NCBI GenBank assembly: GCA_002269645.1 | Contig: NIVC01002432.1 | Location: forward strand, 62,001-126,000 | Direction of reading: 5' to 3' | DNA length: 64,000 bases | Source: Macrostomum lignano | Lineage: Eukaryota | Shown: positions 23,201 through 34,418 of the stretch, piece after piece | How positions within the stretch are numbered: the first letter of the stretch is position 1 | Layout: each line of letters starts with the position of its first letter | Program-made: the position numbers and the translations under genes | Notes under the pieces: generated by a model | What the model saw: the letters and a program-made list of their open reading frames with translations, nothing else | Told to the model about the DNA's origin: nothing | Database searches by the model: none

Positions 23201-24907
23201 CTAATTAGTACTGCTTTGTATTTTTTGGGTGGAAATTTTTGTGACTTAGGCCTACCTTGGCTCGTCCCTTTGCTAGCCAACTGGATTGGCTGGCTTGGCT
23301 GTATATTGCATATGTATATAGCTATATCAACACAAGGGCTTTTACCACACACATTTTTATTGATAGTAAGCCTATTTGGTTTAAAATCTAGGTCTAATAT
23401 GATGAAGATAAATTATAATATAAGTTAGAGTAGCTAAGTTGGATGACTTTATTGTAGCCAACCCCCATTTTGATAGATACTAGGCCTAGGCCTATCTAGG
23501 GCACTTAGCAAAAACATGCTAGTGCTTAATGCACTTTAGGAGCAAGTAACTAAGCTCACTCTTTTAAAAAAATTAGGCCTAGCTCTAGTGGTTGGTATGC
23601 TTTTAAAATATTGGTATACAATTATATTTAAAAAACAAGAACATATAACTAACTATTTTAACTTATTAATTAAGTAAATAAGCAGCTTAGCATAACAAAC
23701 TTATGCCTGTTTTTTCAACTTATATTCAAACTATTAATAGATAAAATCTATATTTAGCATGGAAATATCTTATTGATTGCTACTATATAGGTCAATAGAT
23801 ATTTTAAGTGTAGTGCAAGTATTTTTAACTATAATATTCTAAATAAAAGGTTTTAAATACTTTTAAAAGCATTGAATATAGAATATACACAGAATATTCA
23901 ATCACCCATTTCAAAAAATTCTTTCACAAGAATTATATTCTATATTAGCTACTCTTATTGTGAAGAAAAAAATAAGTAGGCTGAATGGCACTTTGCTAAT
24001 TCTTTGCCATTTGTTACTGGTTTGTCTATCCAAGATGGCTTCGAGAATGGCACTTACCAAAGATATATTGTAACACAATATAAATGTGTAAAATTGTGCA
24101 TTAAATGCTAAAGGCATTCTCAACTCGTATCTGAACTATATGGAAAATTAAAAAAATAGGCTGATTGTGTCCATGGTTCATGGAATCAAATGGTACTATT
24201 TCTATATTTTGAAGCATATAGAATGCTTAAATGGCTTACATTCTGCTTAAATGGCTTGTGATCGTGTATTGGCTAGAGTCATTTAATGCACAAGAAATAT
24301 ATATCCTGTCACAATACTACTCAATACTTGGTTTTTCTTGCTTAAATGTCTATGGCACTCATGTGCTTCGCCCACACTGGTGACCTAGACACTCAAAACC
24401 AAGTATTGAATCCTATATTATAGCACAGCACACTACTCCCATTTTCTTTTAGGTAGACTAGGAAGGGTATGAGTCTGCCCTTCATCTTTGTATATGAAGC
24501 CACCTCCCTCAGTCCTTAATTTTATTGTTGAGAATGTATCTTCTGTGGTATTGAATAGTATTTCTCTATAGTTTTATAGATAGATCAATCTTAGATATTT
24601 AAAATAGCTTTAATAGCTTTAATAGCTTTATTTAAATAGTTTGTTTTACTATCAATGGACTTTTAAACTTTATTAAACCAAGTGTAGGCTAGAGGCTTTT
24701 TCCATTTAGTTTGAGATACTTTTGTGCTTGTACTAATATATGAGAAGCATTTGTTGGAAAGTTATTGCTTGTTACAAGTTTCTAGAATTTTAAATCAAAA
24801 TTTAAGTGAAATTAGCTTATTGAGACAGTTCCAATAACAGCTTAGTTCATATTAATTACCCATTTCCCATAACTTCAGAACAAATATTCAGCACCCCCAA
24901 GTAGCCA

Positions 24908-27900
24908 ATGAAGCGGGGCCACCATTATCTGGCTTCATCAGCAGAGTCAGCTTGCACAGGCTCCAGTGGACATAGTGGCAGTTACCAGCAGTCCAGCCAG
25001 TACAACAGCATCTTGACCCCGCTGCGCTCGGCTGCAACTGTTTCTAGTGGAACAGTGGGCTCGAGTAGAAGCAGCGTCCACCAACGTCCCCTGGAAAGAC
25101 ACGCCCATCCCAGCTTTGCTGCTGCGCCAGGGCCGCCACCTGCCGCAGCTGATGGCAGCATCTTCAAATTCATGCCATCTTCGGCTGCTACTGGTAATTG
25201 ATTTTTTAGCATGGCTGCCAGCCATACCTTGACACAGAACTAACAGCTTTAACGTTGCTAAATAGATGGAATTTTGTTATTAAATTTTTTATTAATAAAT
25301 AGAAGTACAACCGCAAGTTTCAATCAGATCTGGGGTCACTAAAACAGTTTATAGTGTCATATTACTAACCTCATTTAGAATCCCTCTTTTAACCGCACCT
25401 GATCGTCCCTCCGTAAGCCTCATTGAGTGTCCTATGATCAGCGTTAGTAGTCTTCCTTTAATCCGCACTGAGAGTTCTATGAAACCCAGTCCTATGAAGT
25501 GCTAGAGTCCTACGAATCCCATTGATTGTCATATATGATCCCATTGAGAGTCTTATGAACCCCATTGAGAGCTCCTCTATAAAACCCATTAAAATTACTT
25601 CTATAAGCCCCATTTAGATTCCCTCTATAAGCCAGATGGGAAGTAGCCCTCCATAACCTCATCGTGAGGCCTTGTCCATTGCGATTCCCTCTATAAACCC
25701 TCCCTTCAAAAATTGCGTAATTACCCTCCAGAGCTCATCGAAAGTGGCCCTCTTCAGCCACAAACCTAATCAGCTAACTGCAAGTGCCACTTGATTTCCT
25801 AGGTCGGCAAAGCTCGTCGCAGTCTCGTCAGAGCCAACAGAGGCGGACAATGCCTCTAACTGATCCCGCGCGCTGCATGGCAATTAGCGAAGGCCGCGGC
25901 ACCAAGTCACGTGACCTGGCTATCGCTGTACTGGACCTAGACTCGGATCGGTTGGACATTGTAAAACTGACTGACTGCCTGGCCTATCAGAAAACCCTCA
26001 GTTTGGTTTGTTGGTTTGATCCGGCGATTGTACTACTGCCTGACACGCTGTGCAACTCGGAAATTTACGAACTATTCCGCCTGCTGGCTGTGAAATTCCC
26101 CGCCTGCCGAATCGTGTCGGCCCCGAGAATACTGTTTAACGAAGCCGATGGACGAGCATTCGTTCGCCGAGTCTGCCACCCGGACAGTCAGCCAGTGCTG
26201 CAGCAGCTGCCAGTGTGCAATTTCATATTCTACTCCTGCGCTGTGCTGCAGGCATTCGCCGAACTTCAATTGGACACCGTGTTCGGCGATGCCAGCGTTC
26301 GACTGGCCTACAATGCCCATTCTGCGTCGCTCATTATGGACTACGGCACGGCTCGGTGCGTGTCTAATTTGGGCTCTTTTGTAAACCAATGAAATAATTT
26401 TTGATAAGCAGAAATGATACACGTATCCTGCTTACTTGTTGTTAGACGCCTTATAGAAATGCTTTGTTGGCAGGTCCAGCATCTATGCTGTACAGAAAAT
26501 TTGTGTTTAAGTTATTCACATGGTGCATTAGTCCTTTCAAATCCGTTGGTCAGCCACGCTGTCCATGAACACTTTAATTCGTGGGCAATGCCAGCCGGAG
26601 ATCTCAATTAATATCGTATTTAGAAATTGCCGAAGGTAGGCCCTGGTACCTATCTCGGGCCTTTTTGGTGTGTGGTATCGACGATCTGCGACATGTTGCT
26701 TGTCCAACAGCTAGAAGAGCCTGAATAAAATATCTTAATGAAGTTTAATAAATATTTAAATAAACATGACAATTTATGAGTATTATGCCTTACATTTATA
26801 ATATTAAAAGATTAAAGACATTGCTTGCTTGTATATATAAATGATGTATATTAGAAAATATCCATATGAAACAATAAGCAATATACGTTTAAAATATGTC
26901 TCGCTTGCCAATTGCAAATTAGCTAGGTTGCAATAAGGGGAAGGGAAGAGATCGCTGACTTGTAGTGGAGAAGTAAGAAGCCAAATGTGGCGTTCCAATT
27001 ATCATTAGGCAAATCATTAGGCACCCGTTATTTGCTGCAAATCATGTGTATATTTTTCTTTCTGTTGGTAGTTTCTAATCCCATCAGCTGGTTATATTTA
27101 ATTCATAATAAAGTTGTGTAAAACAGCTCATAAATAGAGACAGTCTGCAACACATAGGACCGGAGCGAACTCCGTCTGATCTGGCAAGCTATCTGAAATC
27201 ATTCAGCCGCAGTAGCGGCAGCAGAGGTAGCGCACCGAGCGGAGGCAACAGCGGTCTGCTAGCTTCGAGCCCGCGCTGTCCACCCCCTCGACCTCAACGA
27301 CGCGTGCGGCATCTGCCGCTTTTTCGGGGTGGTGGGCTCCGCTGGCGGCGTCGCGGGCTCGGTGGAGAGAAAGAGAGAGATTAGCGCAAAACAGCATGGC
27401 AACGTTTTGCGGCCTAACGCCAGAGTCAAGCGAGAACTAGAGTTTTTGAGATTTTCCTCTTTCTCACATTTTCTCACAGATCAGCGAAATATGCGCAGCT
27501 CTGCAGCAAGTGTGATCGATGGCACTTCCAATCAAACACTTAATTAATTTTTCCGTGTTATTTTCGCCGCTTTGCCACTTTTATTATCATATTTTTCTGC
27601 CTGTTAGCAATAGCTCGATGTGCTGCCCTGCTAAATTCCGATACTTCAGACAGCTCGAACTGGTGGAATCGCTGGATGGCCGCAGCGGAGGCCATCTGTT
27701 CGCCGTGCTCAACTACACTCTGACTGGTGGCGGGGCCCGGCTGCTCCGAATGTCGCTGCTGCAGCCGCTAACCGATTTGGATTCGATTCGCACTAGGCAG
27801 GACTGCGTAGAGGAGCTGCGAACGAATCCGGCTGTGCTACAGGTGAATGTCAAGGCGAAATCTAGCTCGCCTACTAACCCCAGTCTTCCCTTTCCCTATC

Positions 27901-30900
27901 CCCTATAGCTCCACGACTGCCGACTCTGACCCTAACCTAAACCCTAGACCTTAACCCTATTTTCGGCAGTTAACGTCGGGCTCCCTTCCTTCTCTTTGTA
28001 GACTGGCAGTTGGACTTCTCGTTCCCTTTTCCACCTGTTCACTGTCATTTTCTCATTTTTTATAAACAAATTTTAACTTTTTAATAGCTTTCTGTGAAAT
28101 TTCCTATTTAAAAAAAACTTTCAAAGACGGGACATTTTCTGTTTGTCACAGCGCTTTTATCTCCCCTACTGACAGTAGTGCAGATAGCAAAAGTCAATCC
28201 AATTTCTTTTTGCTCATATTTGTCTCAGTCATTGCGCGCCCAGTTGGCGGAGTTCTCGTACTTCAACTGCATCAACTCGCTGTGCCGACGCCGGTCTCGC
28301 ATGCCGCCGACAATCAACGTGGCTCGCACCCGAATTAACCGCATCATCTACCTGCACCACATGCTGGGCCGCCTGGACCCGCTCAGCCAGGCCCTCGCCC
28401 CCCTTCGCCATCCATTGTTCGCCAATTTCCGCCGGGCCCTGGACGAGCCAGCTCTGCCGCGGCTGCGCGCTCACTTCGAAGTGCTGGCCAACCCGGACAT
28501 GCGCTATTCGCGCGGCCGCTTAACTATGCACGCGCAGCGCATCGGCGCTGTCAGGCCCGGCGTCAACGACTCCCTAGATCGAGCGCGCCAGCTGTACGCC
28601 AGCCAGGTGGCGGCGGCGGAGCGGCTGGTTGCCGACCTGGCTGGCCGGCTGGGCCTCGAGGCCGCGCTTGCGCACTCAAAACTACGCGGCTTCCATGCGC
28701 AGTGCAGCCGGCAAGCGCTGGGCCGATTTCTCACCGAGCGGCGAAAGCAAATAGTTGAGTATTATCACAGCCTTGTTATAAATTTAATGAGATTAGCCCG
28801 ATTTAGTCAAGTAGCTCAGATTCAGTGAGAGTGGCTGCTCGGATTCAGTGAGAGTGACTGCTCAGATTCAGTGAGAGTGGCTGCTCGGATTCAGTGAGAG
28901 TGGCTGCTCGGATTCAGTGAGAGTGACTGCTCAGAGTCAGTGAGAGTGACTGTCAGATTCAGTGAGAGTGGCTGCTCAGATTCAGTGAGAGTGGCTGCTC
29001 AGATTCAGTGAGAGTGGCTGCTCAGATTCAGTGAGAGTGGCTGCTCAGATTCAGTGAAAGTGGCTGCTCAGATTCAGTGAGAGTGGCTGCTCAGATTCAG
29101 TGAGAGTGACTGCTCAGATTCAGTGAGAGTGGCTGCTCAGATTCAGTGAGAGTGGCTGCTCGGATTCAGTGAGAGTGACTGCTCAGAGTCAGTGAGAGTG
29201 ACTGTCAGATTCAGTGAGAGTGGCTGCTCAGATTCAGTGAGAGTGGCTGCTCAGATTCAGTGAGAGTGGCTGCTCAGATTCAGTGAAAGTGGCTGCTCAG
29301 ATTCAGTGAGAGTGGCTGCTCAGATTCAGTGAGAGTGACTGCTCAGATTCAGTGAGAGTGGCTGCTCAGAGTCAGTGAGAGTGACTGTCAGATTCAGTGA
29401 GAGTGGCTGCTCAGATTCAGTGAGAGTGGCTGCTCAGATTCAGTGAGAGTGGCTGCTCAGATTCAGTGAAAGTGGCTGCTCAGATTCAGTGAGAGTGGCT
29501 GCTCAGATTCAGTGAGAGTGACTGCTCAGATTCAGTGAGAGTGGCTGCTCAGAGTCAGTGAGAGTGGCTGCTCAGATTCAGTGAGAGTGGCTGCTCAGAG
29601 TCAGTGAGAGTGGCTGCTCGGATTCAGTGAGAGTGACTGCTCAGATTCAGTGAGAGTGGCTGCTCAGATTCAGTGAGAGTGGCTGCTCAGATTCAGTGAG
29701 AGTGGCTGCTCAGATTCAGTGAGAGTGGCTGCTCAGATTCAGTGAGAGTGACTGCTCAGATTCAGTGAGAGTGGCTGCTCACTCTCAGGATGTACAGCAG
29801 CCCTAGCTGCTCACTCACACAGGGTTTACAGCAGCCCTAGCTGCTCACTCACACAGGGTGTACAGCAGCCCTAGCTGCTCACTCACACAGGGTGTACAGC
29901 AGCCCTAGCTGCTCACTCACACAGGGTGTACAGCAGCCCTAGCTGCTCACTCACACAGGGTTTACAGCAGCCCTAGCTGCTCACTCACACAGGGTTTACA
30001 GCAGCCCTAGCTACTCACTCACACAGGGTGTACAGCAGCCCTAGCTGCTCACTCACACAGGGTGTACAGCAGCCCTAGCTACTCACTCACACAGGGTGTA
30101 CAGCAGCCCTAGCTGCTCACTCACACAGGGTGTACAGCAGCCCTAGCTACTCACTCTCAGGATGTACAGCAGCCCTAGCTGTCTCATTGTCAGTTATGAA
30201 TACACTCTGTGCTTTAGCTGTTGCCCTCATTTCTGCGGATCAGACGACAAGCCGCAAGCCCCAGACGCATAACAGCCTTGAACTGTAAGTGTCATGTAGA
30301 GGGTGAAAAGTCTTTAAACAAGAGCATCGTATACTATATCTTACTTTGTCTGAGCAGATCTTGGATAAGCCTATGCTAATTAATTCTCCATTTCATGTGA
30401 TCATGATACGGAAGCTAATCTGTTAGAGTAGGATTCTAATATAATTCACAGCTTCTGGTTAATTTGATTCCAATCACTTTAATGGCCTGTTTGCCTTGAC
30501 TAAATAAATTGATACGTTTTTTCTTCCACAGATAATCCGCTTAGCCCTCTTTGCTGCCGAGGTTGTTCTTTTGTTTTCAAAGACGAATCCAGGCCATCAA
30601 ATTATAAAAAAGCGATAAATAATTTTCTTGAAAAGAAATGGAAAGCTTTTAATCAATTTTTGCCTGCCGCTTCGATTATAGATTAACGGGCTCGGGTCTG
30701 AGCTTCCACCAAGCCTGGTTTCTGCCTAATGCAGTTGAACAATAAACGCAAAGTTTATAGGCCTCTCTTCCAGGTGGTTTACTTAGCGCTCAAATACAGG
30801 CTTGGCTGAAATCGTCTTTGTTGGCAAGCAGCCCGCTTGGGTGCCTTGAAATCAGCTGTAACAGCTTTAACTACTTTTCCTGCTTCTCAATAGGACGGCG

Positions 30901-32412
30901 ACGCTAATGACGATGAGACACTCAGCTCCCTACTGGTGAGTCCTCACGACTCCCACAATTCCTCTGGTGCTGCTGCCGCTGCTGTTTCCAATTCGTCTGC
31001 AAGCTCAGCCGGCAACGGCAACACCTACGGCAGCAGCAGCAGCTGGTGCAGCAGCGAGCTAGATTGCCAAGCACCTCAGCAGCGGCGCCGGGAGCAGCGG
31101 AGGCCGCCAACCCTGCTGGAGACAGCTAGCCGTCTGGCGCCTGAGCTTCTCAACCTGACAATTGGCCGCCGGTGCTGCAGCTTCACCACTAGCCAGCTGG
31201 CGGCTCTGAACGCCGACATCGAGGTCAGCGTCGAGAACGTCTACAAGCTGACGCTGCAGATATTTGAGCTGCTATTTGAGTCGCTGCCAGCCCACGCCAT
31301 GCAGCTATTCAAATGCATTGATGCCGTTAGCAATGCCGATCTGCTCAGCTCCCTAGCCCTGGCCAGCGTGCAGCGCGGCTACACCAGGCCGGAGTTCGGC
31401 GACCGGCTCGCCATTCGCTGCGGCCGCCACCCGCTGCCGCCGCCGCTCGCCTGTCCGACACGGCGCCGATCGGCCTGCGGCGGCGGGCCCGGGCGGCACG
31501 CGTTCGCCTCTCGGGCCTGCTCCCTGCTGGCCGTGTGCGGCGGCGCCGGCCAGGACAGGCGCGACTTCCTTCGGCAGATCGGCCTGATGCAGGTCATGGC
31601 CCAGGCCGGCTCGGACGTGCCCGCTTTGCAGGCCTCGTTCCGCCTGTGCGATCGGCTTATCGCACTGCGTCTGGCGCCGATCGACGAGGCGCCAGACTCC
31701 GCTGGGGGCGCCGCGGAAAGCGCGGATTGGAACACGGAAGGATCTGGCGCTCTATTCGATCAGCTGAGCGGTCTGTGCAACGGGCTCACTAGCAGGTGAG
31801 TTTTTGAAACAGGCCAATTCAAATTCATTTTTTGCAGTTCTGTTGAGTCTTCTCAAATCTGTCTTTCAATCGCTAATCTCCCTCGATTCTCCGGTTAGTT
31901 TGTCAGCATTTTAACCCTTCAGTGGGATCTGGTAAGCTCTTTGCATCTGAAGACTTAGAGACTTGACAGTTTAAACATAAATTTCATCTGCTTATCTATC
32001 CAACATCCCCAAAATACCGACCCTCTCTCAGAAGATCTCGAATTGCCACCGAAATTCCTATGGTACTCGTATTTGGCTTGCATTCCAGAATCCCTAAAAG
32101 TATTAGATTAGACCTATATCTATATATTCCCTAATTCCCTAAGACCCTAAATAAAAGTAATAACAAATAATCAAGACCCCTTGCACGGCCCCTCCCCGCT
32201 GCAGGTCTCTAGTTATCGTTGACGTCGGCAACCAGATGGACCTGCTCAGCGCCGCCATCCGCAAGCTGGCGTCCGCCACAGCCGACGCCTGGTGCAGCCG
32301 CGGCCGGGGCGCCTTCGCTTTCATCGGCTGCGACAGCTGGCCAAATCGTCGAAGCCGCGCTGCCGTCCGCGGCCTCGGCGTGCTGGAGTTCGGCGAGGCC
32401 AAGCGAGCCTAG
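24908..32412 (+). CDS. MSH4: MutS homologue, MSH4-like, with degenerate ATPase motifs and truncated C-terminus
   Basis: Exons 24908-25193 (Ser-rich N-terminus), 25803-26355, 27650-27842, 28229-~28753 (donor unresolved), 30894-31795, 32205-32412. Four of five junctions are GT-AG and phase-compatible. MSH4-like motifs: AISEGRG, LFAVLNYTLTGGGARLLR..LLQPL, AVRPGVND.LD.AR, YTRPEF..LAI..GRHP, LRQIGLMQVMAQAGS.VPA, SLVIVD. Confidence 0.8.
27203..27357 (-). CDS. Putative terminal exon of an unidentified antisense gene nested in MSH4-like intron 2
   Basis: GC3-rich frame RDAASGAHHPEKAADAARVVEVEGVDSAGSKLADRCCLRSVRYLCCRYCG*, preceded by a pyrimidine tract and AG. No upstream exon found. Confidence 0.35.
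28814..29782. repeat. 23-bp minisatellite (TTCAGTGAGAGTGGCTGCTCAGA), about 42 copies
   Basis: Direct tandem repetition inside an MSH4-like intron. Confidence 0.96.
29790..30182. repeat. 34-bp minisatellite (TGTACAGCAGCCCTAGCTGCTCACTCACACAGGG), about 11 copies
   Basis: Direct tandem repetition abutting the 23-bp array and sharing its gctgctca core. Confidence 0.95.
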
Positions 32413-32896
32413 GAGCCTACAATTGGCACCTTTAGCCTGATCCCTATAGCTGCAAAATGATTTTCTTGGGACAATAGCGAATTCTGTAATTATTCTGCAC
32501 CTTTATTCGTTCTTGGCCATATAATTGCGAGATTCTTGATCAATTTACTGGCTTTGAATGTGCGTTATTAGAGAGCCTATTCGAAAGTACGAGTATTGTA
32601 GCTAATTGAAAGCAGATATTGCCGAGTTAATTATACACGAAGCTGAGCTCTAGCATGCTACTGTTCGCTTATTATTTATTCATCTTTTTATACGGATGGA
32701 TGACAAAGAACGAGACATGAGTCCATTATATAAACACTGCTTCAAGTTTTGTTAAAATTTGATTAACTGTGCGGCATTAAATCATTTCCGAGGTTCATGG
32801 ATTGATAAGATCGACTTGAGAGAATTTTTGAGAAAACTATTTCAATCTGAGTGTTTGGGATGCGGACTGAGGATCCTTGAAGTGGTCAATAGATCA

Positions 32897-33520
32897 AACT
32901 GAGGAGGATCTTTAAGGTGGATAGATACAGATCAATCTGAGGAGGATCTTTGAGGTGGATAGATCAATCTGAGGATCTTTGAGGTGGATAGATCAATCTG
33001 AGGATCTGTGAGGTGGATAGATCAATCTGAGGATCTGTGAGGTGGATAGATCAATCTGAGGATCTGTGAGGTGGATAGATCAATCTGAGGATCTGTGAGG
33101 TGGATAGATCAATCTGAGGATCTGTGAGGTGGATAGATAAATCTGAGGATCTGTGAGGTGGATAGATCAAGCTGAGGATCTGTGAGGTGGATAGATCAAT
33201 CTGAGGATCTGTGAGGTGGATAGATCAATCTGAGGATCTGTGAGGTGGATAGATCAATCTGAGGATCTGTGAGGTGGATAGATCAATCTGAGGATCTGTG
33301 AGGTGGATAGATCAATCTGAGGATCTGTGAGGTGGATAGATAAATCTGAGGATCTGTGAGGTGGATAGATCAAGCTGAGGATCTGTGAGGTGGATAGATC
33401 AATCTGAGGATCTGTGAGGTGGATAGATCAATCTGAGGATCTGTGAGGTGGATAGATAAATCTGAGGATCTGTGAGGTGGATAGATCAATCTGAGGATCT
33501 GTGAGGTGGATAGATCAATC
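32897..33520. repeat. 29-bp minisatellite (GAGGATCTGTGAGGTGGATAGATCAATCT), about 20 copies
   Basis: Direct tandem repetition. Confidence 0.96.
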
Positions 33521-33591
33521 ATTGGAACTAGGAATTGAAACCAAGCAACTCAGCGCAGTCCAGCGGTCATGCTATTAGCTCAAATATGCTG

Positions 33592-34418
33592 TCAAGTATG
33601 AAGCTGCGCTCCTGGATTCAGCAAGGCATCAGTGAGGGCTCGATTGTAGTTCGTGCTGTTCTGCGCCTCTACGCCAAATGATATGCGCTTAGACTGCGGC
33701 AGCGGAGTGAGATCAAAAAGCTGTGCAACGTCGATGACCCGGGTGACTAGAGGCAGCAGTCTATGAAGGGCGATGCCGTGTCTGTTTAAATATTGTTGGC
33801 AAGCATAGTTAAATAGATGTTAGTGAGTTGTATGCAGCAAGGGGAGCATGAGCGATGATAACAAGAGCGCAACGTATTTGCTGCCAGTTATCTTGCAAGT
33901 TAAGCAGAGGTGGCTGTGGTTAGTACAAAGCTAAGTAGGCTGCTTTCCGTCATCCCTTGAGGCAGCTGGTCATGTGTATTTTGCAGGCGTTGGTCTGGTT
34001 GACTAGAGTGCTTTGTTTGCCCATGCACTCATAATTCGGCTCATTATTCACTTTAAGAAGCATCAAATGCATTTTGTGCAAAAAAGCACTGTAATTCGTG
34101 CAGAAACCAATTGAATTGGATTCAACAAAAAACCTAGAAATGGATTGAAACAGGCCAAACAATGCCCGAGCCTTACCTTGCCTCAATAGTTGCTAGAACG
34201 GCCATCAACAGTAGTAGTAGCACTCCGAAAATAAATATAAGCACGTGATACAGTAGGACCTGGGGCGGAACATTGTTCTTCACTTGGACCAGGTTAGGTC
34301 GGCCTTGAGAGATGTCGTCAATCCAGAGTTGAATCAACTGGTTGGAAAAGAATTTTAGTATTATCGGGTAATTATTTATATTGCCTCTCGGGCGCACAAA
34401 ATTTTGGAACAGCACCAT
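33592..34418 (-). CDS. Putative two-exon C-terminal part of a membrane protein, possibly ionotropic-receptor (iGluR/IR)-like S2-M4
   Basis: Exons 34177-34418 and 33592-33760 join through a phase-2 gtaagg...ttcatag intron. Protein: FVRPRG..ILKFFSNQLIQLW...VLLYHVLIFIFGVLLLLLMAVLATIEARLL...HT*. Upstream exons not recoverable. Confidence 0.35.

Noticed and set aside
30218-30284. Extra MSH4-like exon (ttag...gtaagt)
   Set aside because: The frame compatible with the next acceptor has a TAA, and the 5' part matches the dispersed repeat seen at 54.2 and 62.0 kb.
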